Below are positions 17,017 through 27,081 of a stretch of DNA of 64,000 nucleotides, piece by piece. Position 1 is the first letter of the stretch. Every line of letters starts with the position of its first letter. The notes below the pieces were generated by a model. That model worked only from the letters and a program-made list of their open reading frames with translations. It was not told the DNA's origin and searched no databases. The stretch is taken from contig CAXXKJ010000002.1 in NCBI GenBank assembly GCA_963675295.2, forward strand, positions 544,001-608,000. The letters are read 5' to 3'. This DNA is from a bacterium. GTDB taxonomy: Bacteria; Electryoneota; Electryoneia; Electryoneales; Electryoneaceae. Position numbers and translations under genes: made by a program.

Positions 17017-19088
17017 CTCAGCCGGGGCTGCCGGAAACGAAGATCCCGCGTCAACCGATCCAGGTGTTGCCGGAAGGGTTGGCAAACCGTATCGCGGCCG
17101 GTGAGGTCGTGGAACGGCCGGCGTCTGTCGTCAAGGAATTGATCGAGAACGCGATTGACGCCGAAGCGCAGCACATCGTGGTCTCGGTGAAGAAGGCCGG
17201 GTTGGACGAGATCCTCGTCTCGGATGACGGCTGGGGGATGGACGAGGAGGATGTGGTGACCGCACTCCGGCGTCACGCGACCTCCAAGCTGCGCACGGCG
17301 GAGGATTTGCAGCGGATTCTGCATTTCGGTTTCCGTGGGGAAGCGTTGCCGTCGATTGCCAGCGTTTCGCGGATGGAAGTGCTGACACGCCGGGAGGATC
17401 GTGACCACGCGATCCGTTACCAGGTGGACGGCGGCAAAGCGACCGGTCCCGAACCGGCGCAACGCGAGCGTGGCACGACGATGCGTGTGCGGACGTTATT
17501 CTACAACGTTCCCGCCCGCCGCAAGTTCCTGCGCACACCAGCGACGGAATACTCTCACGTGGTCAAGGTGTTCAAGCAGTTCGCGCTGACGTACCCGGAA
17601 TATGCGTGGACGCTGGAGAAGGACGGCAAGGAAGAGTATGCGTTGACCGAAACCGATCTGCGCGGGCGGATCGGGCAATTGTTCGGCGAGTCGGCGATGG
17701 GCGATCTGCACCCGCTCGAGCATCGGGTTGGGGAAGTGTTCGCGTCCGGGGTGATCGGTGGGACGAGCCTGTTCCGGAAGTCGCGCGGGGATCAGTTCCT
17801 GTATGTGAACCGGCGTCCGATCCAGTCGGGGAGCCTGCATCACGCTGTGGTCAATGGGTTCGGCCCGTTGATTGAACGCGGGCAGTACCCGTTTTACGTG
17901 ATGAATTTGCGGCTCGATCCCGAAGAGTTTGATGTCAACGTTCACCCGGCGAAGCACGAAGTGCGGTTCCGCGACGAAGGCATGGCCTACCGTGCGGTGC
18001 TGGTCGCAGTGCGGAACGCGTTGGGGCTGAGCTTGCGCAGCGGGGACGCGCCGGTGCGTGCGCCGTTGGGGGACAGGGACGCACAGCAGCGATCCGGGGA
18101 TGGCCGTCACGAGATGGAGCTGCTGCTCGGCAAGCCGCCACGGCGGCCGGATCAGCCGGTGATGCCGTCCAGCGGCGGGAGTATCAGTGGCATTCCAGCG
18201 TCCCCGCCAGCGATTAGCGCGGGTCGTGGCGCGGCGTCGGTTCCGCCACCGCCACAGCGCCCGACGAAACAGCATGAACCGGCGGTGCCGTATGAGTTGC
18301 CACCCTCGGTGGCGGCCCCGGGGATGAATGTCGGGCAGGCCGGACACGACCAGACCGAATCCGGACATGCCCCGGACATTCATGTCCGGGATGATCAGCC
18401 CTCGGATCAGCCGCACCAGCAAGCTGGTACGGGCACACCACAGTCGGATCATGCACCGGTGGCGGGGCACGATCCGCACGCGTCCGAACCGGCGCCGTCG
18501 CCGGCGTTGGAGCAGGCGGCGCAACGGTTGAATGTGTGGCAGGTGCATCGGACATACATCCTGTCGCAGACGAAATCCGGGCTGGTGATCATCGACCAGC
18601 ATGTCGCGCACGAGCGGATCTTGTTCGAGAAGGCGTTGGCGGCGATGCGGCAACGGCCATGGTCGGGGCAACGGCTGCTGTTCCCGGTAGAGGTGAAGCT
18701 CGATCCCGCCGAATCGCAGATGATGGAAGAATTGGCGCCATCATTGGCTAAAATGGGCTTCGAGGTCGAACCGGCGGGGTCACGTCTCTGGGCGATCCAC
18801 TCCGTTCCGGCGGGGCTGAAGGTGCGCAGCGAGGAGAAGCTGCTGCGGGATATGCTCGAGGATTACCGGCAGGAATATGATGTACGTCTCGAACCGCAGG
18901 AATCGCTGGCGGCGTCCTTCGCGTGCAAGGCGGCGATCAAGGCGGGCGATCCGCTGAACCTGGACGAGATGAACGCGCTGATCGACGAGCTGTTCACGAC
19001 GGAATACCCGTTCGTCTGCCCACACGGCCGGCCGGTGGTCGTCAACCTGACGCTGAGTGAATTGCATCGGTTGTTTGGGCGGGAATGA
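17013..19088 (+). CDS. mutL: DNA mismatch repair endonuclease MutL
   Basis: IAAGEVVERPASVVKELIENAIDA, GFRGEAL, DQHVAHERILFE, CPHGRP. Confidence 0.97.
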   Translation: MTQPGLPETKIPRQPIQVLPEGLANRIAAGEVVERPASVVKELIENAIDAEAQHIVVSVKKAGLDEILVSDDGWGMDEEDVVTALRRHATSKLRTAEDLQRILHFGFRGEALPSIASVSRMEVLTRREDRDHAIRYQVDGGKATGPEPAQRERGTTMRVRTLFYNVPARRKFLRTPATEYSHVVKVFKQFALTYPEYAWTLEKDGKEEYALTETDLRGRIGQLFGESAMGDLHPLEHRVGEVFASGVIGGTSLFRKSRGDQFLYVNRRPIQSGSLHHAVVNGFGPLIERGQYPFYVMNLRLDPEEFDVNVHPAKHEVRFRDEGMAYRAVLVAVRNALGLSLRSGDAPVRAPLGDRDAQQRSGDGRHEMELLLGKPPRRPDQPVMPSSGGSISGIPASPPAISAGRGAASVPPPPQRPTKQHEPAVPYELPPSVAAPGMNVGQAGHDQTESGHAPDIHVRDDQPSDQPHQQAGTGTPQSDHAPVAGHDPHASEPAPSPALEQAAQRLNVWQVHRTYILSQTKSGLVIIDQHVAHERILFEKALAAMRQRPWSGQRLLFPVEVKLDPAESQMMEELAPSLAKMGFEVEPAGSRLWAIHSVPAGLKVRSEEKLLRDMLEDYRQEYDVRLEPQESLAASFACKAAIKAGDPLNLDEMNALIDELFTTEYPFVCPHGRPVVVNLTLSELHRLFGRE

Positions 19089-19144
19089 AGCTCTCGTTGT
19101 GGTTCCCTTTCCGAAACCTCGTCAACGCGAATTTCGCATTTTTC

Positions 19145-19173
19145 TTGATAGCTTCAAAATAAACCTGTATATT
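19145..19173 (+). promoter_or_regulatory. Sigma-70-type promoter candidate
   Basis: TTGATA-17 bp-TATATT(TG) about 95 bp upstream of the 19270 start. Confidence 0.5.
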
Positions 19174-19269
19174 TGCAGCAAGCGCGGGTCAGTGCCTTGA
19201 AGAAAGGCGCAGGTCCGCGCTCTGTTTTCTGGTTGCCAAAGTAGCAAAAATTGATATCGGGGGAATCTC

Positions 19270-20748
19270 ATGCGTCCGATCCTGGCGGTTGCATTGGTTT
19301 GCTTCTGGGTGGCTGCGGTTCACGCCGGCTGGCAGGAAGTGACAATTACAGACGACTATTACGGCGCGCAATGTGTTCACGCAGCGGATTTTGATGGTGA
19401 CGGCGACGTGGATCTGCTCGGTGCGGCGCTGTATGGGGATGAAATCGACTGGTGGGAGAACACGGACTCGAACGGTCTTGCCTGGACGCTGCACACTGTG
19501 GACGCTGAAGTCAGTCATCCGACGAGTGTGTATGCGATAGATGTGGATGATGACGGCGACATGGATATTCTCGGCACCAGCTATTATGACGACACTATCA
19601 CGTGGTGGGAGAACCTTGACGGGACCGGGCTGAGCTGGGGCGAACACACGGTTGGCAGCGAGTTCAGCAATCCATGGTGTGTTCATGCTGCGGATGTAGA
19701 CGGCGACGGCGATGTGGATGTCCTCGGTGCGGCATTTTACGGTGATGCGATATCGTGGTGGGAAAATCTCGACGGCACCGGCCAGAGCTGGACGGAGCAT
19801 TCGATAGGCACCCAGTTCAATGGCGCACTGAGTGTGTATACGGCGGATGTGGATGGCGACGGTGATCTGGACGTGATCGGTGGCGCCGCTTATGAGGCTG
19901 ACATCACGTGGTGGGAAAATCTGGATGGTGTTGGGCAAAGCTGGACTGAACACTCCGTGAACGGCCTGTTCGGCAACCCATGGGATGTGTATGCGGCAGA
20001 CATGGATGGTGACGGCGATGTGGATGTCCTTGGGTGCGACACGTACGAGGGGGATATCGTCTGGTGCGAAAACCGGGATGGAGAGGGCCTGCTCTGGTCC
20101 GGTCACAATGTCAGTAACACATCCAATGATGTACACGGCATTCAGGCAGCGGATGTAGACGGCGATGGTGATATGGACGTACTCGGCGCAGCTGGTGAAC
20201 TCGGTTGGTGGGAGAATCTCGATGGAACAGGGCAGTATTGGATCGAGCACACAATTGACAGCACGTATCGTTACAAGACTGTTTATTCAACGGATGTTGA
20301 TGGCGACGGCGAAGTAGACGTTCTCGGCACGGCAGAGTTTGACAATGCAATCATACTCAATCTGCAGGAGGGACCACACGAGCAGGAACCTGTTGTCGTG
20401 CTTATATCGCCTGTTACACCGACGGTGGTTCCGCAAGGTGGCTCATTTGTGTACGATTTCCGGATGCGGGTGAACTATCAACAACCGTTCAACGGTTACC
20501 TCTGGACGATGATCGGGTTACCAAACGACCAATACTACGGACCCGTATTCAGCACTCCGATCCAATTCTCTCCGGGCATGCAGGTGTCAATACCTGGAAT
20601 TCAGCAGCGGGTGCCGGGAGTCACGCCAGTGGGATACTATGACTGGATTGTAAACGCCGGGCCGACCCCCTTCATGCCTATCGGGACGGATTCTTTCCCC
20701 GTTCGGGTGATCGCTGGTTCCGCAGCAGATAGCATTACCACGGACTGA
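19270..20748 (+). CDS. Secreted FG-GAP/VCBS repeat beta-propeller protein with shared C-terminal domain
   Basis: Signal peptide; 7 repeats of AADVDGDGDVDVLG...WWENLDG. Confidence 0.88.
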   Translation: MRPILAVALVCFWVAAVHAGWQEVTITDDYYGAQCVHAADFDGDGDVDLLGAALYGDEIDWWENTDSNGLAWTLHTVDAEVSHPTSVYAIDVDDDGDMDILGTSYYDDTITWWENLDGTGLSWGEHTVGSEFSNPWCVHAADVDGDGDVDVLGAAFYGDAISWWENLDGTGQSWTEHSIGTQFNGALSVYTADVDGDGDLDVIGGAAYEADITWWENLDGVGQSWTEHSVNGLFGNPWDVYAADMDGDGDVDVLGCDTYEGDIVWCENRDGEGLLWSGHNVSNTSNDVHGIQAADVDGDGDMDVLGAAGELGWWENLDGTGQYWIEHTIDSTYRYKTVYSTDVDGDGEVDVLGTAEFDNAIILNLQEGPHEQEPVVVLISPVTPTVVPQGGSFVYDFRMRVNYQQPFNGYLWTMIGLPNDQYYGPVFSTPIQFSPGMQVSIPGIQQRVPGVTPVGYYDWIVNAGPTPFMPIGTDSFPVRVIAGSAADSITTD

Positions 20749-20767
20749 AGTCCATGGTAATTATCTT

Positions 20768-20816
20768 GCTCACAGCTCACAGCTCACAGCTCACAGCTCA
20801 CAGCTCACAGCTCACA
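20768..20816. repeat. Perfect heptamer tandem repeat (GCTCACA)x7
   Basis: Seven exact units between two convergent stop codons. Confidence 0.95.
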
Positions 20817-20818
20817 GC

Positions 20819-21469
20819 CTAGAAAACCACATCCAGTAGTCCACGTCCCATGCGGGCGAACCAGCCGGGGCGGTAGGATTGTTTCACGGAGCCGTCCGGG
20901 TTGAGCCAGACTTCGGTGCCGGCGCGCCACAGCGAGTTGTCGTAGGTGTAATCTTCGGCGAGGGTGCAGTGGGAGAGGTGGCCCTGTTCGTCGAAATGGA
21001 CCGCGGTCAGTGCCCCGCCTTTGACGACCACACCTTGAATTTCCCACGATTCCCGCAGGAAGCAGAGGCGCAGTTGTTTGTTCGGATGGAAGCCGGTATC
21101 GATTTTCCCGCCGCCGTCAATGGGGAGCCCGTCGATGTCCATATCATGTGCGAGCCAGGCTTTGACGATGTCACCGTCCTCGTAGAACACGGTGCTTCCT
21201 TCGGGGAGGACGATATCGCCGAACGGCAGGTCTTCGGCGAGTTCGGAGTGACGCAGGGTGCCGGTGGAATCGAACCAGGTCCAGCCTTCGAAGCGGACGC
21301 CGTCCAGGTCGACCGGTTCTTCGAGGTACACGCGTTTCGTCTCGCCGTTCTCGTGCAGAAGGCGGCTGCTTTCACGGATAGCGCTTTCCGGGATCTCGGA
21401 CGAGAACAGCAGGTTGGACAGGGCCACGAGAACCGGAACCAGGACGAATGTGTGCAGTCGATGATGCAT
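20819..21469 (-). CDS. Hypothetical exported protein with internal beta-hairpin repeats
   Basis: Signal-like N-terminus; recurring F..xG.L...xLAED unit; AAGGAGGG RBS. Confidence 0.7.
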   Translation of the reverse strand: MHHRLHTFVLVPVLVALSNLLFSSEIPESAIRESSRLLHENGETKRVYLEEPVDLDGVRFEGWTWFDSTGTLRHSELAEDLPFGDIVLPEGSTVFYEDGDIVKAWLAHDMDIDGLPIDGGGKIDTGFHPNKQLRLCFLRESWEIQGVVVKGGALTAVHFDEQGHLSHCTLAEDYTYDNSLWRAGTEVWLNPDGSVKQSYRPGWFARMGRGLLDVVF

Positions 21470-21770
21470 TGCGAATCTCTCCCTCCTTGGATCCGCGGCC
21501 CGAAAATCCGGCGGTGATTGCATGAGTTTTGGTCTGATCGTTGAACAGCCGGACGTACCCCGGGCAGGTATAACTTAGACACGGAAAGTCGAGGTTCAGT
21601 TACAGTGGAGGTTTTTCACGTGTCTCCGGAGTGGCATGTTTGAATCCAGTAAAATCATGAAAATCCTGGACTAAGGATTCTCCCATCGGTGTAAGTCGTT
21701 AGAATATCGGTAGCTCCGGAGATAGGTTACGAAACTACATTTGTCGTGGGGGACGACGCGGAGGGCAGGC

Positions 21771-22136
21771 ATGGCGATAAACTACGATATCGAGGTCCGG
21801 GACGGCTGTTTGTGTGTGAAGACGTCCGGCTTCGCCGAATCCCTGGAAGAGCACATGGCGTATGCTCACGCCGCATACGACGCCATGATCAACGCGGGAT
21901 GCTCGGAAATCCTGATTGACGAGTGGGAGATGGAATACCGGCTGGGGACGTTCGATATCTACAAGCTGGCCGAGGATGTGGCGAATTCGGCGGAAGTGCC
22001 GATGCGGGTCGCGGTGGTGACAAATCCGGAGAACAACATCGACGCCCGTTTTTTTGAGGATGTAGTCAGCAACCGTGGCTTCAAGCTATTGTATTTCAAG
22101 ACGCTGGACGAGGCGCATGCGTGGTTGAAATCCTGA
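21771..22136 (+). CDS. STAS/SEC14 (SpoIIAA-like) domain protein, paralog 1
   Basis: ILIDEWEM, RVAVVT, FFEDVVSNRG, FKTLDEAHAWL. Confidence 0.75.
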   Translation: MAINYDIEVRDGCLCVKTSGFAESLEEHMAYAHAAYDAMINAGCSEILIDEWEMEYRLGTFDIYKLAEDVANSAEVPMRVAVVTNPENNIDARFFEDVVSNRGFKLLYFKTLDEAHAWLKS

Positions 22137-22263
22137 CGCTGGCTGGTTCGCCAGGGGTCAGGCCGGAGCGGTCTATCAAAGTACGTTGTAGGGGTGTTTG
22201 GGAAACATGGCGGCTCGCGGGGATGGTGTGTTCTCCTGTCGGCCCTACCAGTCGGGGAATGCG

Positions 22264-22629
22264 ATGTCGTTGGATTTGCGTGTAGATGTGGCTGATGATA
22301 TTCTGGTCATCACGACGTCGGGAGTGCTGGGAAATCTGGATCAGCATCTGGACTATGTTCGGGCAGTGCACGCCGAAGTGGTCCGGCTTGGGAAAACGCG
22401 GCTGCTCCTGGATGAACGCGCGTTGCAGTACAACCTGAAGACGGCAGAGGTGTTCAAGCTGGGTGAAAACGTTGCCGGCACTGTTGAACCCGCGATGCGG
22501 ATCGCGGTGGTGACCGAAGCGAGAAAAGGCTCACGGTTCGAGTTTTTTGAAGATGTGGTCCGCAATCGTGGTCTTAGGTACAAGGTTTTCCTTTCGCGTG
22601 AAGACGCTGAAGCTTGGTTGATGTCTTGA
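22264..22629 (+). CDS. STAS/SEC14 (SpoIIAA-like) domain protein, paralog 2
   Basis: LLLDERAL, RIAVVT, FFEDVVRNRG, FLSREDAEAWL. Confidence 0.75.
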   Translation: MSLDLRVDVADDILVITTSGVLGNLDQHLDYVRAVHAEVVRLGKTRLLLDERALQYNLKTAEVFKLGENVAGTVEPAMRIAVVTEARKGSRFEFFEDVVRNRGLRYKVFLSREDAEAWLMS

Positions 22630-22735
22630 TAAATGACTGTTTTCTTAATAGAATTCTAATCTGTTTCCAGTAAATTACCAACCTTAACTGTGGCCGGTTG
22701 ACAGAGATCCTCATTCTGAATCCTGTGGAGCCTCC

Positions 22736-23107
22736 ATGGCGATCCACCATGAGATTGTACCGGATGGACGTGTGCTGCGCGTGCGGGCATGGGGATTTGA
22801 TGAATCACTTGATGATGCGAATGCATACGCAGAAACTGTGCTCGCAGGTATTCTCAAAAATGATGCAACTCACGTCTTTTGTGACGAACGCGAATTGACC
22901 TATCGCCTCAATCTGCTGGATACGTTCAAACTGGCGGAACACGTTGCAAAACTTGTCCCGCACTCATTGAAGGTGGCCATTGTCACGAAGTCGGAAAATC
23001 TGAAGGACGCGTCCTTTTATGAAGACGTGGCCGTGAGCCGTGGTATGTCGGTGCGGGTTTTCTATGACGTTGAACATGCATGGAAATGGTTAGGTATTCC
23101 ACGGTAG
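22736..23107 (+). CDS. STAS/SEC14 (SpoIIAA-like) domain protein, paralog 3
   Basis: VFCDEREL, KVAIVT, FYEDVAVSRG, FYDVEHAWKWL. Confidence 0.75.
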   Translation: MAIHHEIVPDGRVLRVRAWGFDESLDDANAYAETVLAGILKNDATHVFCDERELTYRLNLLDTFKLAEHVAKLVPHSLKVAIVTKSENLKDASFYEDVAVSRGMSVRVFYDVEHAWKWLGIPR

Positions 23108-23235
23108 GGTTCCAACGTCCCGGTGTATATCGTGCCGCTTCGAGCATTTCGTGCTCTATTTGCCTTACTACCCCTGTCTGCTGTCCTATTTTTACCCCCA
23201 GCTGGTTTGTCGCAATTGTCGAGGTGGAGATTCCG

Positions 23236-25293
23236 ATGCGTAATCCCGTTATTCGCTGTGCGTTGTTATTGTTGGTCGTGCTGCTGGCCGTGCCCGCTCC
23301 GGCACAGGAAATACTGACCGTCACCTCGCCGCTGGGTAAGAACCTGATTTCGTTCAGCCTGCAAGACGGCATCCCGATGTACCAGGTCGATCGTGGCGAA
23401 ACGCCGGTGATCAAGCCGTCGCGGATGGGTTTTACGCTCAAGCAGGTCGAGCTCAATGGCGGATTTGAGCTGGTCGAGAGTGAATCGGGCACGGTGGACG
23501 ACACCTGGGTGCTGCCGTGGGGCGAAGTTGACACGATCCGTGACTTCCACAACTGGATGAATGTGACGTTGCAGACCGTAGGCGACGATCCGTGGCGGCT
23601 GAAGGTGTATTTCCGGGCGTATGATGACGGGGTTGCGTTCCGGTATGAAATCCTGCCGCGTGAGGGTGTGGGTGAGGTTCAGATCATGGATGAGCTGACC
23701 GAATTTGCATTGGCGGGTGATCACAGCGCGTGGTGGATCGGCGGCTACCAGGGCAACCGTTACGAATACCTTTACCAGAACACGGCGGTCAGCGAGCTGG
23801 ACACAGTGCACACGCCGGTGACGATGGAAACCGCCGGTGGGCTGTACCTCAGTTTTCACGAAGCGGCGCTGACGGATTATGCGAGCATGGTACTGGTGCG
23901 CAACGAGGGATTGACGCTGGACGCCAGCCTCGCCGAATGGTCGGACGGGGTCAAGGTGCGTGGGGAGCTGCCGATCAAGTCGCCGTGGCGGACAATTCAG
24001 ATCGCGGATACGCCGGGCGGGTTGATCACCTCCTACCTCATCCTCAACTGCAACGAGCCGAGCAAAATCGAGGATACGAGCTGGATCAAGCCGGCGAAGT
24101 ACGTCGGGATCTGGTGGGAGATGCACCTGGCGACGTCCACGTGGGAATCCGGCGACAAGCACGGTGCGACGACGGAGAACACGAAACGTTACATCGACTT
24201 CGCGGCGGCCAACGGGTTCGACGCGGTGCTGGTCGAGGGCTGGAACATCGGTTGGGACGGCAATTGGGTCGCGAACGGCGAGCTGTTCAGTTTCACCGAA
24301 CCGTATCCGGATTATGACCTCACCGCTCTGGCGGAGTATGCGAAGGAAAAGGGTGTATATATCATCGCTCACAACGAAACGTCCACCGGAATCCTCAACT
24401 ATGAACAGCAGATGGACGCTGCGTTTACGTTGTACGAGAAGCTGGGGATGAAAGCGATTAAATCGGGGTATGTTGGCCACGGCAAAGAGATCCTGCGCAA
24501 GGACCCCGCGACCTCCGAGGTGCTGGGCAAGGAGTGGCATCACGGGCAGTGGATGGTGAACCATTACCGCCGGGTGGTGGAGACGGCGGCGAAGCATCAC
24601 ATCATGCTGGATGTGCACGAACCGATCAAGCCGACCGGCATCCGGAGGACGTGGCCGAACATGATGACGCGTGAGGGCGCGCGCGGGCAGGAGTATAACG
24701 CGTGGGCCGGGGACGGCGGCAACCCGCCGGAACATGTCTGCGTGCTGCCGTTCACCCGTCTGCTGGCGGGACCGATGGATTTCACGCCGGGCATTTTCGA
24801 CCTGCTCTACCAGAACAATCCGGACGCACGTCCGAACAACCGTGTCAACACGACACTTGCGAAGCAGTTGGCGGAATATGTGGTGATCTACAGCCCGATG
24901 CAGATGGCTGCCGACCTGCCGGAAAACTATGAGGGCCATCCGGCGTTCCAGTTCATCCGGGATGTGCCGGTGGACTGGTCAGAGACGGTGGTGCTGAATG
25001 GCGAGATCGGGGAGTTTGTGACCATCGCCCGCAAGGATCGCAACAGCGAGGACTGGTACCTGGGCAGCGTGACGAATGAAAAGGCGCGCACGTTGGCCAT
25101 CCCACTCGACTTCCTTTCGAATGGAATAACGTACACGGCACAGATTTACGCGGACGGTGCGGACGCGGACTGGGTGACGAATCCGTACTCGTACGAAATC
25201 GGCGAGCAGAAGGTATTCCCCGGAGATATCTTTGATATCAGGCTGGCTCCCGGTGGAGGTCAGGCGGTACGGTTTATCGCGGAAGAAGATTAG
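23236..25293 (+). CDS. Glycoside hydrolase family 97 (SusB-like alpha-glucosidase)
   Basis: KSPWRTIQI, KYVGIWWEMH, HGATTENTKRYIDFAA, REGARGQEY, GPMDFTPG, QMAADLPENY; signal peptide from ATG 23236. Confidence 0.95.
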   Translation: MRNPVIRCALLLLVVLLAVPAPAQEILTVTSPLGKNLISFSLQDGIPMYQVDRGETPVIKPSRMGFTLKQVELNGGFELVESESGTVDDTWVLPWGEVDTIRDFHNWMNVTLQTVGDDPWRLKVYFRAYDDGVAFRYEILPREGVGEVQIMDELTEFALAGDHSAWWIGGYQGNRYEYLYQNTAVSELDTVHTPVTMETAGGLYLSFHEAALTDYASMVLVRNEGLTLDASLAEWSDGVKVRGELPIKSPWRTIQIADTPGGLITSYLILNCNEPSKIEDTSWIKPAKYVGIWWEMHLATSTWESGDKHGATTENTKRYIDFAAANGFDAVLVEGWNIGWDGNWVANGELFSFTEPYPDYDLTALAEYAKEKGVYIIAHNETSTGILNYEQQMDAAFTLYEKLGMKAIKSGYVGHGKEILRKDPATSEVLGKEWHHGQWMVNHYRRVVETAAKHHIMLDVHEPIKPTGIRRTWPNMMTREGARGQEYNAWAGDGGNPPEHVCVLPFTRLLAGPMDFTPGIFDLLYQNNPDARPNNRVNTTLAKQLAEYVVIYSPMQMAADLPENYEGHPAFQFIRDVPVDWSETVVLNGEIGEFVTIARKDRNSEDWYLGSVTNEKARTLAIPLDFLSNGITYTAQIYADGADADWVTNPYSYEIGEQKVFPGDIFDIRLAPGGGQAVRFIAEED

Positions 25294-25439
25294 GATTCCC
25301 GAACAACAGGCGCTATACTCGCTGTTAGCGGCGCGATGTGGATTGTGAACTCGTTCCATGCCGCGCCGTTTTTTGTTACGCGAGTAGTGGTACAAACAAT
25401 TCCAGCCCTTTTGATGAACAGCACAGCACGGAGCAGTTG

Positions 25440-26948
25440 ATGAGCTATCGCATTGTGGCCTTTCTCTTGCTGGTGCCGATTGTGGCGCTGGCGCAACCGA
25501 ATTTCATTGCGCACACGGTGAGTACGACGATCAACTCACCCGTCGGCATCCATGCGAATGATCTTGATCAGGACGGCCAGATGGAGCTGGTCATCGCGGA
25601 TTATATCGGTGATGCGGCCTATATCCTGAGTGGGTCGGGGGATACGTGGACGGCGGAAACGCTGGCCGATCCGATACCCGGCATCAATGAATTCAACAGT
25701 GGCGATTTTGACGGGGACGGCGATCCTGATCTGTGTGCAGCGGTGTATGAAGGTGACAACATTCTGACGTGGAAGAATGAAGGTGGATCATGGATTCAGT
25801 ATCCGGTGGGCGACTACTACTCTCCGCGCCGTATCCTGACCGGGGATATCAACGGTGATGGTGATGTGGACATTATCGCGTGTTCCGGGACTCAGGGTGT
25901 CTGGTGGTGGGAAAACGAAGGCATGGCGGGTTCATGGACTCTGCATCCCATGTTTACCAGCGGCGATTTTCACGGTCTCGATGTAAAGGACATGGACGGC
26001 GACGGCGACCTCGATATCATCACCGGCGGACCGGCCAGCAACATCCGCTGGTCGGAGAATGACGGGAGCGGATCGTTTACGCACCACACGATTACGCAGC
26101 AGGGAAACGGACCAAAAGATGTGTTCGCCGCAGACATGGATGCGGATGGCGATATGGATGTGTTGGTTGGCGCGGACCTGTCTGACCAGGTGTTGTGGTA
26201 TGAAAACGATGGTTCGAATCCATGGCCGTCGCACGTCATTGATTATTCATTCGACAGCCCGCAGGACGTGGAAGCAGCTGACTTGGACATGGACGGCGAC
26301 CTCGATGTGATCGGCGCGGCGTACTACGGCGGGGTCATCCGCTGGTGGGAACAGCGGGCTGATGGCAGCTTCGAGCAATACGACATCCAGATCAATTTCC
26401 TCTATCCGACGAAAATCGACGTGGAAGATCTGGACGGCGACGGCGACCTCGACATCGCCAGCGCCTCGTACAGTCAGAACCTGATCACATGGTGGGAGCA
26501 GGAAGGTTCGCCGAGCCCGGTGCAGTTCACGTTGGTGCCGCAGGTGAGCGTGGTGCCGCCGAGTGGCGGTGATGTGGAGTATGACGCCAGCCTGGTGAGT
26601 TCCTTGCCGGGCACGATACCCGGATTGAGCTACTGGACCTACGCGCAGTTGCCGAACCAGCAACTGGTGGGACCGTTGAGCCGGATCAATTTCACGCACA
26701 CGCCATTTATGAATGTGACGGTTACCGGGTTGACGTTGAGCGTGCCCGCCGCCGCGCCCGCTGGAGACTATCTGCTGATCGGACGAGTGGGATTCTACCC
26801 GAATCCGCAGGCGGAAGCGAGTTTCCCGTTCACGAAATCCGGTGTCCAGGGCCGTGCGTTGTCAGGCGCTGACCTGGTGCATGTGTGGGTCAGCGAGGAA
26901 GTGGCGAACGGTCGGGCGCGGTTGAATGTTGAACGTCACAGCGACTAG
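25440..26948 (+). CDS. Secreted FG-GAP/VCBS repeat protein with shared C-terminal domain
   Basis: Signal peptide; 7 DxDGDGDxD repeats with W(W/Y)EN. Confidence 0.88.
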   Translation: MSYRIVAFLLLVPIVALAQPNFIAHTVSTTINSPVGIHANDLDQDGQMELVIADYIGDAAYILSGSGDTWTAETLADPIPGINEFNSGDFDGDGDPDLCAAVYEGDNILTWKNEGGSWIQYPVGDYYSPRRILTGDINGDGDVDIIACSGTQGVWWWENEGMAGSWTLHPMFTSGDFHGLDVKDMDGDGDLDIITGGPASNIRWSENDGSGSFTHHTITQQGNGPKDVFAADMDADGDMDVLVGADLSDQVLWYENDGSNPWPSHVIDYSFDSPQDVEAADLDMDGDLDVIGAAYYGGVIRWWEQRADGSFEQYDIQINFLYPTKIDVEDLDGDGDLDIASASYSQNLITWWEQEGSPSPVQFTLVPQVSVVPPSGGDVEYDASLVSSLPGTIPGLSYWTYAQLPNQQLVGPLSRINFTHTPFMNVTVTGLTLSVPAAAPAGDYLLIGRVGFYPNPQAEASFPFTKSGVQGRALSGADLVHVWVSEEVANGRARLNVERHSD

Positions 26949-27025
26949 CGGAAACCGAACCCACAGAAAAGTGGCAGTACCTGCCAGGAATGTGCGGGAC
27001 TACATTTTAAGTTCTAAACGCATCA

Positions 27026-27053
27026 GGGCCTGTTGACATGGATCAACAGGCCC
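27026..27053. terminator. Hairpin between convergent genes
   Basis: GGGCCTGTTGA-CATGGA-TCAACAGGCCC. Confidence 0.65.
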
Positions 27054-27081
27054 GGTGTTGTTCTGGCGCTGAAAGTGAGTG

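Noticed and set aside
18030-18520. Pro/Gln/His-rich stretch in MutL as an insertion or intein
   Set aside because: It coincides with the normal disordered linker between the ATPase and dimerisation domains and has no intein motifs.
19370-20330. Regularly spaced ~150-bp DNA repeats that could suggest a CRISPR array
   Set aside because: They are in-frame FG-GAP/VCBS protein repeats with no unique spacers, and no cas genes are present.
20768-20816. (GCTCACA)7 as a CRISPR or phase-variation tract
   Set aside because: No spacers, and it lies between two stop codons, so it cannot shift a frame or promoter.
20749-20818. Frameshifted or read-through T9SS tail after the FG-GAP gene (also checked after 2011)
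   Set aside because: No PNPFN-like coding sequence follows in any frame.
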